Positions 1 through 8,436 of a stretch of DNA of 64,000 nucleotides are shown here, piece by piece; position 1 is the stretch's first letter, and the number at the start of each line of letters is the position of its first letter. The stretch lies in contig JBCBZT010000008.1 in assembly GCA_039815185.1 (NCBI GenBank), positions 139,260-203,259 of the forward strand, read 5' to 3'. The position numbers were made by a program, and so were the translations under genes. This DNA comes from Cyanobacteria bacterium P01_A01_bin.123. Lineage in GTDB: Bacteria; Cyanobacteriota; Cyanobacteriia; Phormidesmidales; Phormidesmidaceae. The notes under the pieces are model-generated. The model saw only the letters and a program-made list of their open reading frames with translations. It was not told where the DNA came from and searched no databases.

Positions 1-624
1 GCTGATGGTCATTTCGATGAAGAAGAAAAAGTCCTAATTACAGATATTACCCAAGACGAACTCGCCCCCAGCCTTAACTTTGAGTCATTTGAGCCAATTT
101 CGCCTGAAATCCTAGCTCAAACGCTGCCCCCCAAAAGTGAAATTGCCGAAAACTTTTTGCGTATGGCAGTGATGGTCGCTTTGGCTGACGGGGTTTATTC
201 CACCGAAGAAGACGAGATGCTGATTGGCTTTTGTCACGCTTTAGAACTCGATGCCGAAGTCCTCGCGTCGCTACAGTCCACTCTGTTTGACTTGAAAAGT
301 GCAAGTGCACCAGCATCAGCCCCAGCCAGCGGTCTTACCCCACCCGCTCATGGAGATGATCATAAGCTCGATCCCCTTGCCCCGGCACGAGAATGGCTAG
401 ACAAACTGGATGTGCATGATCAGCACATGGCACGGTTTTTGTGCAAAATGATTCCGTCCCAATGTCCCTTTGAACGGGATGTGAAGCTGTTTGGCCACAA
501 GATTGTCCACATTCCCCCCATGTGCAAAATCAACCCCCTCTATGAGCAACTTGTGGGCCTACGTTTCCGAGCACTGTCCTATCTCGCTGATGACTGTGGC
601 GAAGATGTTACCCCCTATGTGTAG
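1..624 (+). CDS. TerB-like / Mo-dependent nitrogenase C-terminal domain protein (5' end outside window)
   Basis: Frame is open from base 1 (ADGHFDEEEK, TerB-like; a second copy ADGVYSTEE follows). C-terminal CPFERD...HIPPMCKINPLYEQLVGLRFRALSYLAD is the cyanobacterial Mo-nitro_C signature. Confidence 0.85.
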   Translation, partial: ADGHFDEEEKVLITDITQDELAPSLNFESFEPISPEILAQTLPPKSEIAENFLRMAVMVALADGVYSTEEDEMLIGFCHALELDAEVLASLQSTLFDLKSASAPASAPASGLTPPAHGDDHKLDPLAPAREWLDKLDVHDQHMARFLCKMIPSQCPFERDVKLFGHKIVHIPPMCKINPLYEQLVGLRFRALSYLADDCGEDVTPYV

Positions 625-720
625 GCGTTAAATCAACGTCACCACTTGTGGAATTGAAGGGTTACGTAGTACCATTAAAGACTGTGTCCAAACTAAGCCA
701 AAACTGTTTAACTGCCAACC

Positions 721-918
721 ATGCCAAAGCTAAAGACCCGCCGCGCTGCCGCTAAGCGCTTTCGGAAGAGCGGTACTGGTAAAATCATGCGTCGTAAAGC
801 CTTTAAAAACCACCTGCTTGAGCATAAAAGCACTAAGCGTAAGAGTAACTTGTCTAAAGCAAGTGTTGTTCACGAAGGTGATGTTGAAAATGTGACGTTG
901 ATGCTGCCCTATCTCTAA
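721..918 (+). CDS. rpmI: 50S ribosomal protein L35
   Basis: [14 protein letters not shown]...[11 protein letters not shown]; lies upstream of rplT. Confidence 0.98.
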   Translation: MPKLKTRRAAAKRFRKSGTGKIMRRKAFKNHLLEHKSTKRKSNLSKASVVHEGDVENVTLMLPYL

Positions 919-1054
919 ACAAGTCATCACAGTGATTTAGAGACTTGCGATGAGTTACTCATGACAACTGCCCGCGTACAGTGGGCACAACACTGGCATA
1001 CAAAAAAGATACCAGCAAAACCGTAGGGATATAAGAACGTAGGGATTACTCAAA

Positions 1055-1405
1055 ATGGCACGTGTAAAACGCGGCAATGTTGCTCGTAAGCGCCGCAAAA
1101 AAGTACTCAAACTCGCAAAGGGCTTCCGGGGATCACACTCCAAGCTCTTCCGGACGGCAAATCAGCAGGTGATGAAAGCCCTGCGCTATGCTTATCGCGA
1201 TCGCCGTAACCGCAAGCGTGATTTTCGGCGGCTATGGATTGCCCGCATCAATGCAGCGGCACGCGCTCATGGCATGAGCTACAGCCAGCTGATTGGAAAA
1301 CTTAAGAAAGCCGATGTTCAACTCAACCGCAAGGTACTAGCTCAGATGGCAGTTCTTGACCCGGCAAGTTTTGGCAAAGTCGTTGAACTCGCCAGCAAAG
1401 CTTAG
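1055..1405 (+). CDS. rplT: 50S ribosomal protein L20
   Basis: [26 protein letters not shown]...[12 protein letters not shown]. Confidence 0.99.
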   Translation: MARVKRGNVARKRRKKVLKLAKGFRGSHSKLFRTANQQVMKALRYAYRDRRNRKRDFRRLWIARINAAARAHGMSYSQLIGKLKKADVQLNRKVLAQMAVLDPASFGKVVELASKA

Positions 1406-1439
1406 GTCGAGACCTTTGTGAGACTAATGTCCCATCGGT

Positions 1440-2216
1440 TTGTTGATGCTTAGGGCAATTCTTGGTTTTAGCTTGGTATTGGGGGTGCACTGTGTTGCAC
1501 CCTCATTTGCTGTATCTGCTGAGCTCGACGAAATCGAACAGCGGGGATATCTAGTTGTCGCGGTTAAAGACAACTGGCGACCCTTGGGGTTTCGAGATGA
1601 AACTGGCACCCTGGTGGGGTTAGAAATTGATATTGCACGCCAACTGGCTATTGAGCTTTTTGGGGATCCCAATGCCGTTGAGCTCAAGCCCGTGAGCAAT
1701 CTTGAACGGCTATCAGTGGTGCTTAACGATGAGGTCGATGTGGCAATCGCAGGGGTAACGATGACCGAAGCGCGATCGCGCCTGGTTAGCTTTAGCATTC
1801 CTTACTACCTAGATGGCACAGGCATCATCACCCGCAACCCGGAAATTCAGCACAACCAAGATTTACATGGACGGCGAATTGGGGTGTTAGAAAATTCCAG
1901 CGCGATCGCGCTGATGCGCTATTTCTATCCCAGTGCCACGCTAGTCAGCACCGACTCGTATCACCAAGCCCTCTCACAACTTGAAAATAGTCAGGCCGAT
2001 GCATTTGCCGGGGACGTTAGTGTACTAGCCGGCTGGGTTCAGGAACACCCTGAATATAAAATTTTGCCTTCATTAGTCTCTGCGGAACCTTTGGGAATTG
2101 TCATCCCCAAGGGCACTCAGTTCAGCCCCCTACGACGACAAATCAATCAAAGTATTCAAAGCTGGATTGATAGTGGCTGGCTAGATGAGCGGGCTGATTA
2201 TTGGGGTCTTCCTTGA
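1440..2216 (+). CDS. Amino-acid ABC transporter substrate-binding protein (SBP family 3)
   Basis: Signal-like N-terminus; GLEIDIARQLA, VDVAIAGVTMTEARSRLVSFSIPYY motifs. Confidence 0.9.
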   Translation: MLMLRAILGFSLVLGVHCVAPSFAVSAELDEIEQRGYLVVAVKDNWRPLGFRDETGTLVGLEIDIARQLAIELFGDPNAVELKPVSNLERLSVVLNDEVDVAIAGVTMTEARSRLVSFSIPYYLDGTGIITRNPEIQHNQDLHGRRIGVLENSSAIALMRYFYPSATLVSTDSYHQALSQLENSQADAFAGDVSVLAGWVQEHPEYKILPSLVSAEPLGIVIPKGTQFSPLRRQINQSIQSWIDSGWLDERADYWGLP

Positions 2217-2427
2217 AGGCAATCGATTCGACTTTAAGCATGACTTAATGGCTTATCTCGATAAAGCGTCAGAGGGCATGTCAATATGGACGCAGGTCAG
2301 TCACACCCGATTAAAAACTTGGCTAGGTCTGCAAGGTCTTATGCTTTGTCCAAGAAAGCTTATCAATCAAAAAAGCTTATTGATCTGGATGTGGCCGGGG
2401 TTTATATCTTCCGTTTGAGCAGGGGTC

Positions 2428-2958
2428 ATGGAGAAAGGCAACCTTTTAATCATCTATCTTGGAATTTTGCTCCTTCTGCTGGGCGTTGCAGCCTTTTTTG
2501 TAATTCGCCAGGTGTTCAAAACCCGACGCATTGAAAGCACTCTCTCGCGATTACAAAAAAAACTGACCAAAGAAAAAGGGACTGCCCGAGAGTATTACGA
2601 GTTGGGCAGTTTACTACTCGACAAAAAGCTTTACACCCAATCAGCGCTTTACCTGCAACAAGCGTTGAAAAAGCTAGGGGATGATGAAGCGGTCAACGGG
2701 GCACTCGTCTATAACGCCTTGGGCTATACCTATTTTGCTCAAGAGCAATTTGACTTGGCCATTCGGAACTACAAAGAAGCCCTCAAAATTGCCCCAGACT
2801 ACGTGACAGCACTCAACAATCTGGGGCACAGCTACGAGCGCAAACAGTTAGTCAGTCAAGCCCTGGAGTCCTACGAGGCGTCTCTTCAGCATGACCCTAA
2901 CAACAAAACGGCAAAACGGCGGGCAGAGGCACTCAAAAAAAGATTAGTCGCCTCTTGA
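2428..2958 (+). CDS. ycf37: TPR protein, Ycf37/Pyg7-like photosystem I assembly factor
   Basis: N-terminal TM helix followed by TPRs (YNALGYTYFAQEQFDLAIRNYKEAL...YVTALNNLGHSYE). Confidence 0.75.
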   Translation: MEKGNLLIIYLGILLLLLGVAAFFVIRQVFKTRRIESTLSRLQKKLTKEKGTAREYYELGSLLLDKKLYTQSALYLQQALKKLGDDEAVNGALVYNALGYTYFAQEQFDLAIRNYKEALKIAPDYVTALNNLGHSYERKQLVSQALESYEASLQHDPNNKTAKRRAEALKKRLVAS

Positions 2959-2959
2959 G

Positions 2960-3121
2960 TTCCCCATAGACATAAGAATACGTCAGACGAGCATTTCGAT
3001 CAGAGCTGAGCGTGCTTCGAATCGCCTGATATCCTTGCCAATTAAGCGATCGTAAAACAACGCGCCGTTCACCAATTGGCTGCGGAACTGGCTGTTTAAT
3101 CAAAGGATGTGCAGTAACCAT
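2960..3121 (-). pseudogene. Truncated Uma2-family (PDDEXK) gene, N-terminal ~50 codons only
   Basis: MVTA...GERRVVLRSLNWQGYQAIRSTLSSDRNARLTY resembles the cyanobacterial Uma2 N-terminus; the frame then runs into the ycf37 3' end with no nuclease core. Confidence 0.65.
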
Positions 3122-3180
3122 GGCAGAGCGTCATCACAGGGATCGAGGAAACGTAGGCATGTCGCTACGCGTTAGCGTCA

Positions 3181-4047
3181 TCAAACACAAGCTGGCTCTT
3201 GAACTGCTGCCGTACTTGTGGGTTGCGGGATGGGAGTACAATACACCTCAGCCGAATTATTTGGGCTTTCAATCAGCTTTACTTTATGCAGGTTTGCGCC
3301 AGTCTGCTGAATCGGAGCTTGAAGCAGGTCGCGGATGTGGATAGCAATATTTTCTGCAGTGGGAACGACTGCGGCAAAATAGGCAATATCTTTGTTGAGG
3401 AAGGTGTGGTCAAAGGGTTCAACCACTCGATCATCCACAATCTGTTGCAACTCGCCTAGGTCAGCGATCATGCCTGTACGTGGGTCGATTTCACCTTTTA
3501 CCGTGATTTCTAAGTGGTAATTATGGCCATGGCCGTGGGGGCGGGCGCATTTGCCATAGATTTCGCAGTTTTCCTCATAGCTAAGACTCGGTAAAGCGAG
3601 GCGGTGGGCAGCGCTAAAGTGGGTGCTGAGGGTGAGATAAGCTTCCATGTTGTTTCCTTCGTACTCGGCCCAAAGTTCGGGGTGTTCAAACAGTTGAATT
3701 TTAGTCAGGGGCAGATGGGGAACTAATCGCTGCCAGATCACCCGCGCCATATTTTCGGTGGTGGGTAAGGCTTGCTGAAATTCTGGCCAAGCATCATTTA
3801 AGTAAGAAAAATCAAGCTGCTGCGTTACGGCTTGCTTGATCACGCGTTTCACGTCAGACAAATTGAGCACCATACCGTAGGCGTCCAATTCTCCCACCAT
3901 GGAAACGTACAAGACATAGTTATGACCATGGCCCGGTGAACGGGCACACAAGCCAAATTTTTGATGATTTTCGGCCTCGCTTAATTCAGGGAGCCAATAC
4001 CGATGACTCGCCGAAAACTGGGCCCGCCGATTGATGATGCATTGCAT
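3181..4047 (-). CDS. queD: 6-carboxytetrahydropterin synthase / 6-pyruvoyl tetrahydropterin synthase (two tandem PTPS domains)
   Basis: Two copies of FSA(S/A)HR...C.R..GHGHNY...PT.EN.A. Confidence 0.9.
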   Translation of the reverse strand: MQCIINRRAQFSASHRYWLPELSEAENHQKFGLCARSPGHGHNYVLYVSMVGELDAYGMVLNLSDVKRVIKQAVTQQLDFSYLNDAWPEFQQALPTTENMARVIWQRLVPHLPLTKIQLFEHPELWAEYEGNNMEAYLTLSTHFSAAHRLALPSLSYEENCEIYGKCARPHGHGHNYHLEITVKGEIDPRTGMIADLGELQQIVDDRVVEPFDHTFLNKDIAYFAAVVPTAENIAIHIRDLLQAPIQQTGANLHKVKLIESPNNSAEVYCTPIPQPTSTAAVQEPACV

Positions 4048-4296
4048 GGCAACGATTGTGCTGTCTAAGGTTAAGTTGCGTAAAGCAACCTCTCTCAGGA
4101 TAGACGATATCGATTTCGATCTGCCCTAATCTCAGCGGGCGATCGCATTTAGCGTGGCCATAATGGGAGAAATTTTAAAGTTTTATGTTAATTATGAGAT
4201 TTTTGGCGCTGCCAAAATCATAAAAACCCTTGCCCAAAGAGGATTTTGGGTAATCCATCCGTAAAATCACAGGGATTGCTGACAAACGAGCAAAAC

Positions 4297-4311
4297 TGTT
4301 AAATTGAATAC
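4297..4311 (+). promoter_or_regulatory. NtcA-like site (GTT-N8-TAC) overlapping an extended -10 (TGnTAAATT)
   Basis: tGTTaaattgaaTAC lies just upstream of the glutamine riboswitch; one mismatch to GTA-N8-TAC. Confidence 0.45.
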
Positions 4312-4320
4312 AGAAACAAA

Positions 4321-4406
4321 CCGTTCATCTCAATTCATTCCCTTTGAGATTCAAACGAAGGGAGTACTTGAGACGGAAGTAAGGATTTCTCCTGAAGGAA
4401 CGCGCC
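4321..4406 (+). ncRNA. Glutamine riboswitch (glnA RNA motif)
   Basis: CGTTCATCTC...GAGACGGAAGTAAGG...CCTGAAGGAACGCGCC; P1 is CGTTC/GAACG; lies in the 5' UTR of a DUF4278 gene, a usual context for this motif. Confidence 0.9.
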
Positions 4407-4450
4407 TCAGCCAAAAACACCACTGACTGAAGCTTCTAGGAGGCGAATTC

Positions 4451-4870
4451 ATGAAACTTTGCTATCGCGGTAACGAATACGACTATAACCCGCCAGGGTT
4501 AGAAGTGACTGAAAGTGAAATTCTGTGTCAATATCGCGGTCGTCAGCTGCACTATTCTTACGTTGACCATATTCCGTTTCCACAATCTGTAGCCAACCTA
4601 AAATATCGCGGTGCAGCCTATCGCACCAATTCCATGGGTGAGGTAGAGATGACTAATCAACCCACAGAATCTATCTTTGCCAAACTCTCTAAACAGGCAC
4701 TTAAAGTTAACTCAATGGCTGATGCGCGGCGTGCCCTTTTGCAAGAAGCCACCCGGGTTCACCGTGAAAACATTCAACGCAGTTTGATGCACCGTTTAGA
4801 AGTTGCGAAAGCCCAGGGTAATGAGGTGTTGGTTCATCAGTTAGAAGATGAAATGCATCAGATAGCCTAA
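4451..4870 (+). CDS. DUF4278 domain protein
   Basis: MKLCYRGNEYDYNPP...YRG...LKYRGAAY repeats; C-terminal HRENIQRSLMHRLEVAKAQGNEVLVHQLEDE; GGAGG RBS. Confidence 0.85.
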   Translation: MKLCYRGNEYDYNPPGLEVTESEILCQYRGRQLHYSYVDHIPFPQSVANLKYRGAAYRTNSMGEVEMTNQPTESIFAKLSKQALKVNSMADARRALLQEATRVHRENIQRSLMHRLEVAKAQGNEVLVHQLEDEMHQIA

Positions 4871-4908
4871 GACCCTATTCAAATTTGTGCTGTAGCTGGA
4901 GTAGTGTT

Positions 4909-4934
4909 GGGACGCCTAAAGGCGTCCCTTTTTT
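4909..4934 (+). terminator. Intrinsic terminator
   Basis: GGGACGCC-TAAA-GGCGTCCC-TTTTTT after the DUF4278 gene. Confidence 0.85.
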
Positions 4935-4956
4935 GTCTCTGTTCACGAAGTTTGAC

Positions 4957-6084
4957 TTAAATCCCACGCTGTAGCTGCTTTTGCAAGGGGGCGTCCGCAG
5001 CAATGGTCAGGCTGGGATAGGGTTGGGTTTCTGGCGAAAGCGTGCGGGTTGACCATTGAATCAGTCGACTCCCTTTAGGTAAACGGGTATTGCTGTCACC
5101 TTGAGTCAACCAAATCAGCGCATGGTTTGGAATTCCGTGGGTACCTGAGTCTGAGGGGTGGATCGCGGCCAAAGTTGTGAGGATAGCAATTTTTTCGCTC
5201 AACAGCCCTGTTCTGGCCGTCCAGATTTGAGTTGGAATGCTCACCCGCAGCGCATAGACATAGAGTGAGGCTAAGGCAATGACGGCTTGCTCAAACGCTT
5301 GGTTAGTCCAGCTTATGGTAGTATCGAGCCCCAGCGTTAGGGTTTGGCCACTGGTATGGTTTTCGAGTTCGCGGACGCGCAGTTCACCATAGCGAGCACT
5401 AGTCCGCCAATGGATCAGCCGGGTTGGATCCCCCCATCGGTAGGGGCGGAGGGCGCGGGTTAAGCCTTCGGTAGCTGACTGAGCCCGTTGATCTTGATGC
5501 CACAGATAACTGTCGTCTTTGCCCATTAGATCTAACAAGGGACAGTTTGTCAGGGGCAAGATGGTGGGGTAAACCACAGCTTTAGCGATCGCAGCTTGAT
5601 AGCGACTACTCCAAAACAGGCCCAGGGGGGCTGCAGTGCGTAACTGCACCTGCTGCCAGTGATAAATACCTCGTCGCTGGGTCGGGATTTCATAACGCCA
5701 GTGATGGATAGCGTTGGGTCTAATGGCTGCGATCGCCTGGGTTTGTATCTTCCCCAAGGTTGGGGGAAGATGATCGTGCACCTGAATCAGCGCCTTAGCC
5801 CGAGGGGTAGTATTTTCGATGGTTAGGTCAATCAACAGGGCATCCCCAGCACTCACCGGGCGAATCGGTTGACGGCTGATTTTTAACCCTTGCAGGTTGC
5901 GGGGGGGCAATGTTGCCGCGATCGCCAGCAGTGCCAACATTACCCCACTCATGACGTAGAGCCAGCCAGCCAAAGTGTTAGTGGCCGCCCCAAAGAAAAA
6001 GATGGCGATCGCCATCAGTAACCAACCGCTATAGGCTGGAGTAATCCAGCGGGTTTCGAGCCAGTGGGTAACGCGGTTGAACAT
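4957..6084 (-). CDS. DUF58 domain membrane protein
   Basis: Two N-terminal TM helices; LRPYRWGDPTRLIHWRTSARYGELRVRE. Confidence 0.9.
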   Translation of the reverse strand: MFNRVTHWLETRWITPAYSGWLLMAIAIFFFGAATNTLAGWLYVMSGVMLALLAIAATLPPRNLQGLKISRQPIRPVSAGDALLIDLTIENTTPRAKALIQVHDHLPPTLGKIQTQAIAAIRPNAIHHWRYEIPTQRRGIYHWQQVQLRTAAPLGLFWSSRYQAAIAKAVVYPTILPLTNCPLLDLMGKDDSYLWHQDQRAQSATEGLTRALRPYRWGDPTRLIHWRTSARYGELRVRELENHTSGQTLTLGLDTTISWTNQAFEQAVIALASLYVYALRVSIPTQIWTARTGLLSEKIAILTTLAAIHPSDSGTHGIPNHALIWLTQGDSNTRLPKGSRLIQWSTRTLSPETQPYPSLTIAADAPLQKQLQRGI

Positions 6085-6099
6085 GGCGTTTAGAAATTC

Positions 6100-6390
6100 C
6101 TACTTGCCACCGTAATAAAACGCGATTTCTTTTTCTTTTAGGGGTGCAAACCCAGCATCTAGCAGTTTTTGATTCAGGTCATCTTGGGCAATATGTTTTG
6201 CTCCAATGCGGACAATCCGCGATCGCATGGTGTTGCTTACCCCGCTGCGTTGACGATTCGCTTCTAACCCCATTACCTGCTGATACAGGGACAGCTTTTC
6301 GGCAGGAATGGGAGAACCATCGAGGTCAAGTCCTTGGGCGATCGCCGTATCAACAGCATCAGCCCCTGTCGTGGTCGCATCAGTGCTCAT
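6100..6390 (-). CDS. Conserved cyanobacterial small protein (DUF4090-like)
   Basis: GADAVDTAIAQGLDLDGSPIP...RQRSGVSNTMRSRIVRIGAKH. Confidence 0.75.
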   Translation of the reverse strand: MSTDATTTGADAVDTAIAQGLDLDGSPIPAEKLSLYQQVMGLEANRQRSGVSNTMRSRIVRIGAKHIAQDDLNQKLLDAGFAPLKEKEIAFYYGGK

Positions 6391-6623
6391 ATCAGTTCTT
6401 TCTCTCCTTACAGGATTGGCCAGCGGTAGACGTTAGCTCAAATTGCACGGGAGCGACCAAGCAGTTGAGCTCGTCCCTAGAGCATTGTCTGTCATTTCGA
6501 CAACGAAGGCTATTAGCGCGATCGCTATGACCTTTGTCATAAAATCCAATGACCTATCGCTATAGGAAGGACGCGCATCGTCTCGTTACCTTAGAAAGAT
6601 AAGCCTATTTACTGGATTAAGAG

Positions 6624-7811
6624 ATGCCTGTGACGACCTCAATCGCAGCTGAAATCGAATCTCTGATTACGCCTTGGATTGCCCCGAAAGAGCAGATCAA
6701 CCTAGTCATCGGCATCATCCATGGGGAAGATCGCTGGACAAAAGGCTGGGGTTCATCGAATCAGCCTGATTCCAACTGTGCAGAGATTGATCCGCCCAAT
6801 GAGAACACCCTATTTGAGATCGGCTCCATTACAAAAGTCTTTACCAGCACTCTCCTTGCCCTGCTGGTAGAACAGGGCAAGTTAGCCCTTAACACCCCCA
6901 TCAATCAACTGGAGCCAATCTACCAAAAGCTACCTGACGCCGTAACTTTGCAGCGTTTAGCCACCCACACTTCTGGTCTACCGCGACTGCCCCACAATTT
7001 GCACAAGTCTCACCGCCAAGACCCTCAGAATCCTTACGCGGCCTATACCTTTACAGATTTAAACGAATATCTGCAAAGCCATGACGGCAAACCCGGTAAA
7101 ACCGTTGGGAACATTAGCTACTCCAACTTAGCTGTGGGCATCTTGGGCAATATTCTGGCAGAGCAGTTGGGTCAGACTTACGAAGAAGCTTTGGTTCAGC
7201 ATATTTGTAACCCCCTAGGGTTGCGAGACACACGCATTACCCTAAGCGATAAACAACACGTTCGATTTGCCATGGGGTATTCAGAAGACGGGAAACCCGT
7301 TAAACCTTGGGACTTACCCACCCTTGCGGGGGCAGGTGCCCTGCGCTCCACCGCCCACGATTTACTCACATTTCTAGCTGCCAATCTCCAACCCGAACAC
7401 ACCCCGATCGCCCATGCTCTGCTCAATACCCACGAATTGAGGTGTGAAACATTTGCACCCACCACAGGTCTACATGGGTTGATAGAGCAGGTAGCCCACT
7501 GGATTCGGCGATCGCGTGGCCCCCTATTAACCCATCAAGAACAAGGCATTGCCCTGGGATGGTTTGTTGAATACCTTCCAGCCATCGAACGATACGTCTA
7601 TACCCATACAGGTGGCACAGGGGGATACCGATCGTTTTGTGGATTCATCAAAGATACCCAAACTGGGGTCGTGGTGCTATCTAATTATGGCGATCTCGCA
7701 TCCAGCATGTTTGGACGATATTCTGTGGGCAGCATCGGGCTCAAAATCTTAGAACTGTTGAATTCTTATCCCCAAAATAAATCCCAGCAATTGCAAGAAC
7801 TCAGTTTCTAA
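6624..7811 (+). CDS. Serine hydrolase, beta-lactamase/AmpC-like family
   Basis: FEIGSITK (SxxK), YSN, HTGGTGG motifs. Confidence 0.9.
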   Translation: MPVTTSIAAEIESLITPWIAPKEQINLVIGIIHGEDRWTKGWGSSNQPDSNCAEIDPPNENTLFEIGSITKVFTSTLLALLVEQGKLALNTPINQLEPIYQKLPDAVTLQRLATHTSGLPRLPHNLHKSHRQDPQNPYAAYTFTDLNEYLQSHDGKPGKTVGNISYSNLAVGILGNILAEQLGQTYEEALVQHICNPLGLRDTRITLSDKQHVRFAMGYSEDGKPVKPWDLPTLAGAGALRSTAHDLLTFLAANLQPEHTPIAHALLNTHELRCETFAPTTGLHGLIEQVAHWIRRSRGPLLTHQEQGIALGWFVEYLPAIERYVYTHTGGTGGYRSFCGFIKDTQTGVVVLSNYGDLASSMFGRYSVGSIGLKILELLNSYPQNKSQQLQELSF

Positions 7812-7846
7812 ACATTATTAATACGATTTCCGAATATACCTTGGCC

Positions 7847-7902
7847 ACATCCAGGTTCCTTGTTCTCTGATGAGGTAAAACTCTAGATTTGAAATCGGAC
7901 GT
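7847..7902 (+). repeat. Small dispersed ~56-bp repeat (ACATCCAG...AAATCGGATGT family), copy A
   Basis: ACATCCAGG...AAAACTCTAGATTTGAAATCGGACGT; related copies at 34212, 38606, 38774, 50345, 57373. Confidence 0.7.
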
Positions 7903-7922
7903 AATTTATCTACTCATTAAAA

Positions 7923-8162
7923 ATGACAGAATCAAAATCATACACAATCAAAGCCACAGCTAAGAAAACAGGACTGCGGTTTGCAGGCGGTGCCGGAGCA
8001 GGACTGATTGCCTTTGCGCTCTTTGGTGGCATATGGCAAGTCAATCACTTTGGCTGGGTCATGACCATAACTGCTTTTTCTTTCGGTCTCTTAGCCGTCC
8101 TATTAGGTCAGAACTTCAAAAAGACGCTAACCGCTTTAATGGACAATGCTCCCTGGATTTAG
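7923..8162 (+). CDS. Hypothetical small membrane protein (2 TM)
   Basis: 79-aa ORF with two hydrophobic segments. Confidence 0.6.
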   Translation: MTESKSYTIKATAKKTGLRFAGGAGAGLIAFALFGGIWQVNHFGWVMTITAFSFGLLAVLLGQNFKKTLTALMDNAPWI

Positions 8163-8207
8163 TAAATCTATCCAATTTGAGGAATCGCTTACCAAGCGTA
8201 GTCGTTA

Positions 8208-8379
8208 GGCGTTGCTGAATAGCGGTACGATTTAGCCCCCCTAGTCCCCCAATTCTGGGAGGAATAAACCTTTCAAAGTCCCCCAGAATTGGGGGCTTAA
8301 AGCCCTCTGGGCATACATGAAGAGGGGGCAATACAGAGTACATCACTTTGGCAAATCCATCTCTCGGTTCAGCAACGCC
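8208..8379. mobile_element. MITE-like element with 12-bp terminal inverted repeats
   Basis: GGCGTTGCTGAA (8208) ... TTCAGCAACGCC (8379); internal CCCCCAGAATTGGGGG hairpins; related partial inverted copy at 45680-45800. Confidence 0.7.
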
Positions 8380-8436
8380 GCCATTATTTCTCAAATCAGA
8401 TGTTGCTTATTCAGCGAACCCAAATCATTCAACAAT

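Noticed and set aside
3181..4047. Tandem-domain QueD as a novelty
   Set aside because: The two-domain form is common in cyanobacteria.
8116..8436. 92-aa minus ORF and N-terminal extension of the SLH protein
   Set aside because: Both are read through the MITE-like repeat.
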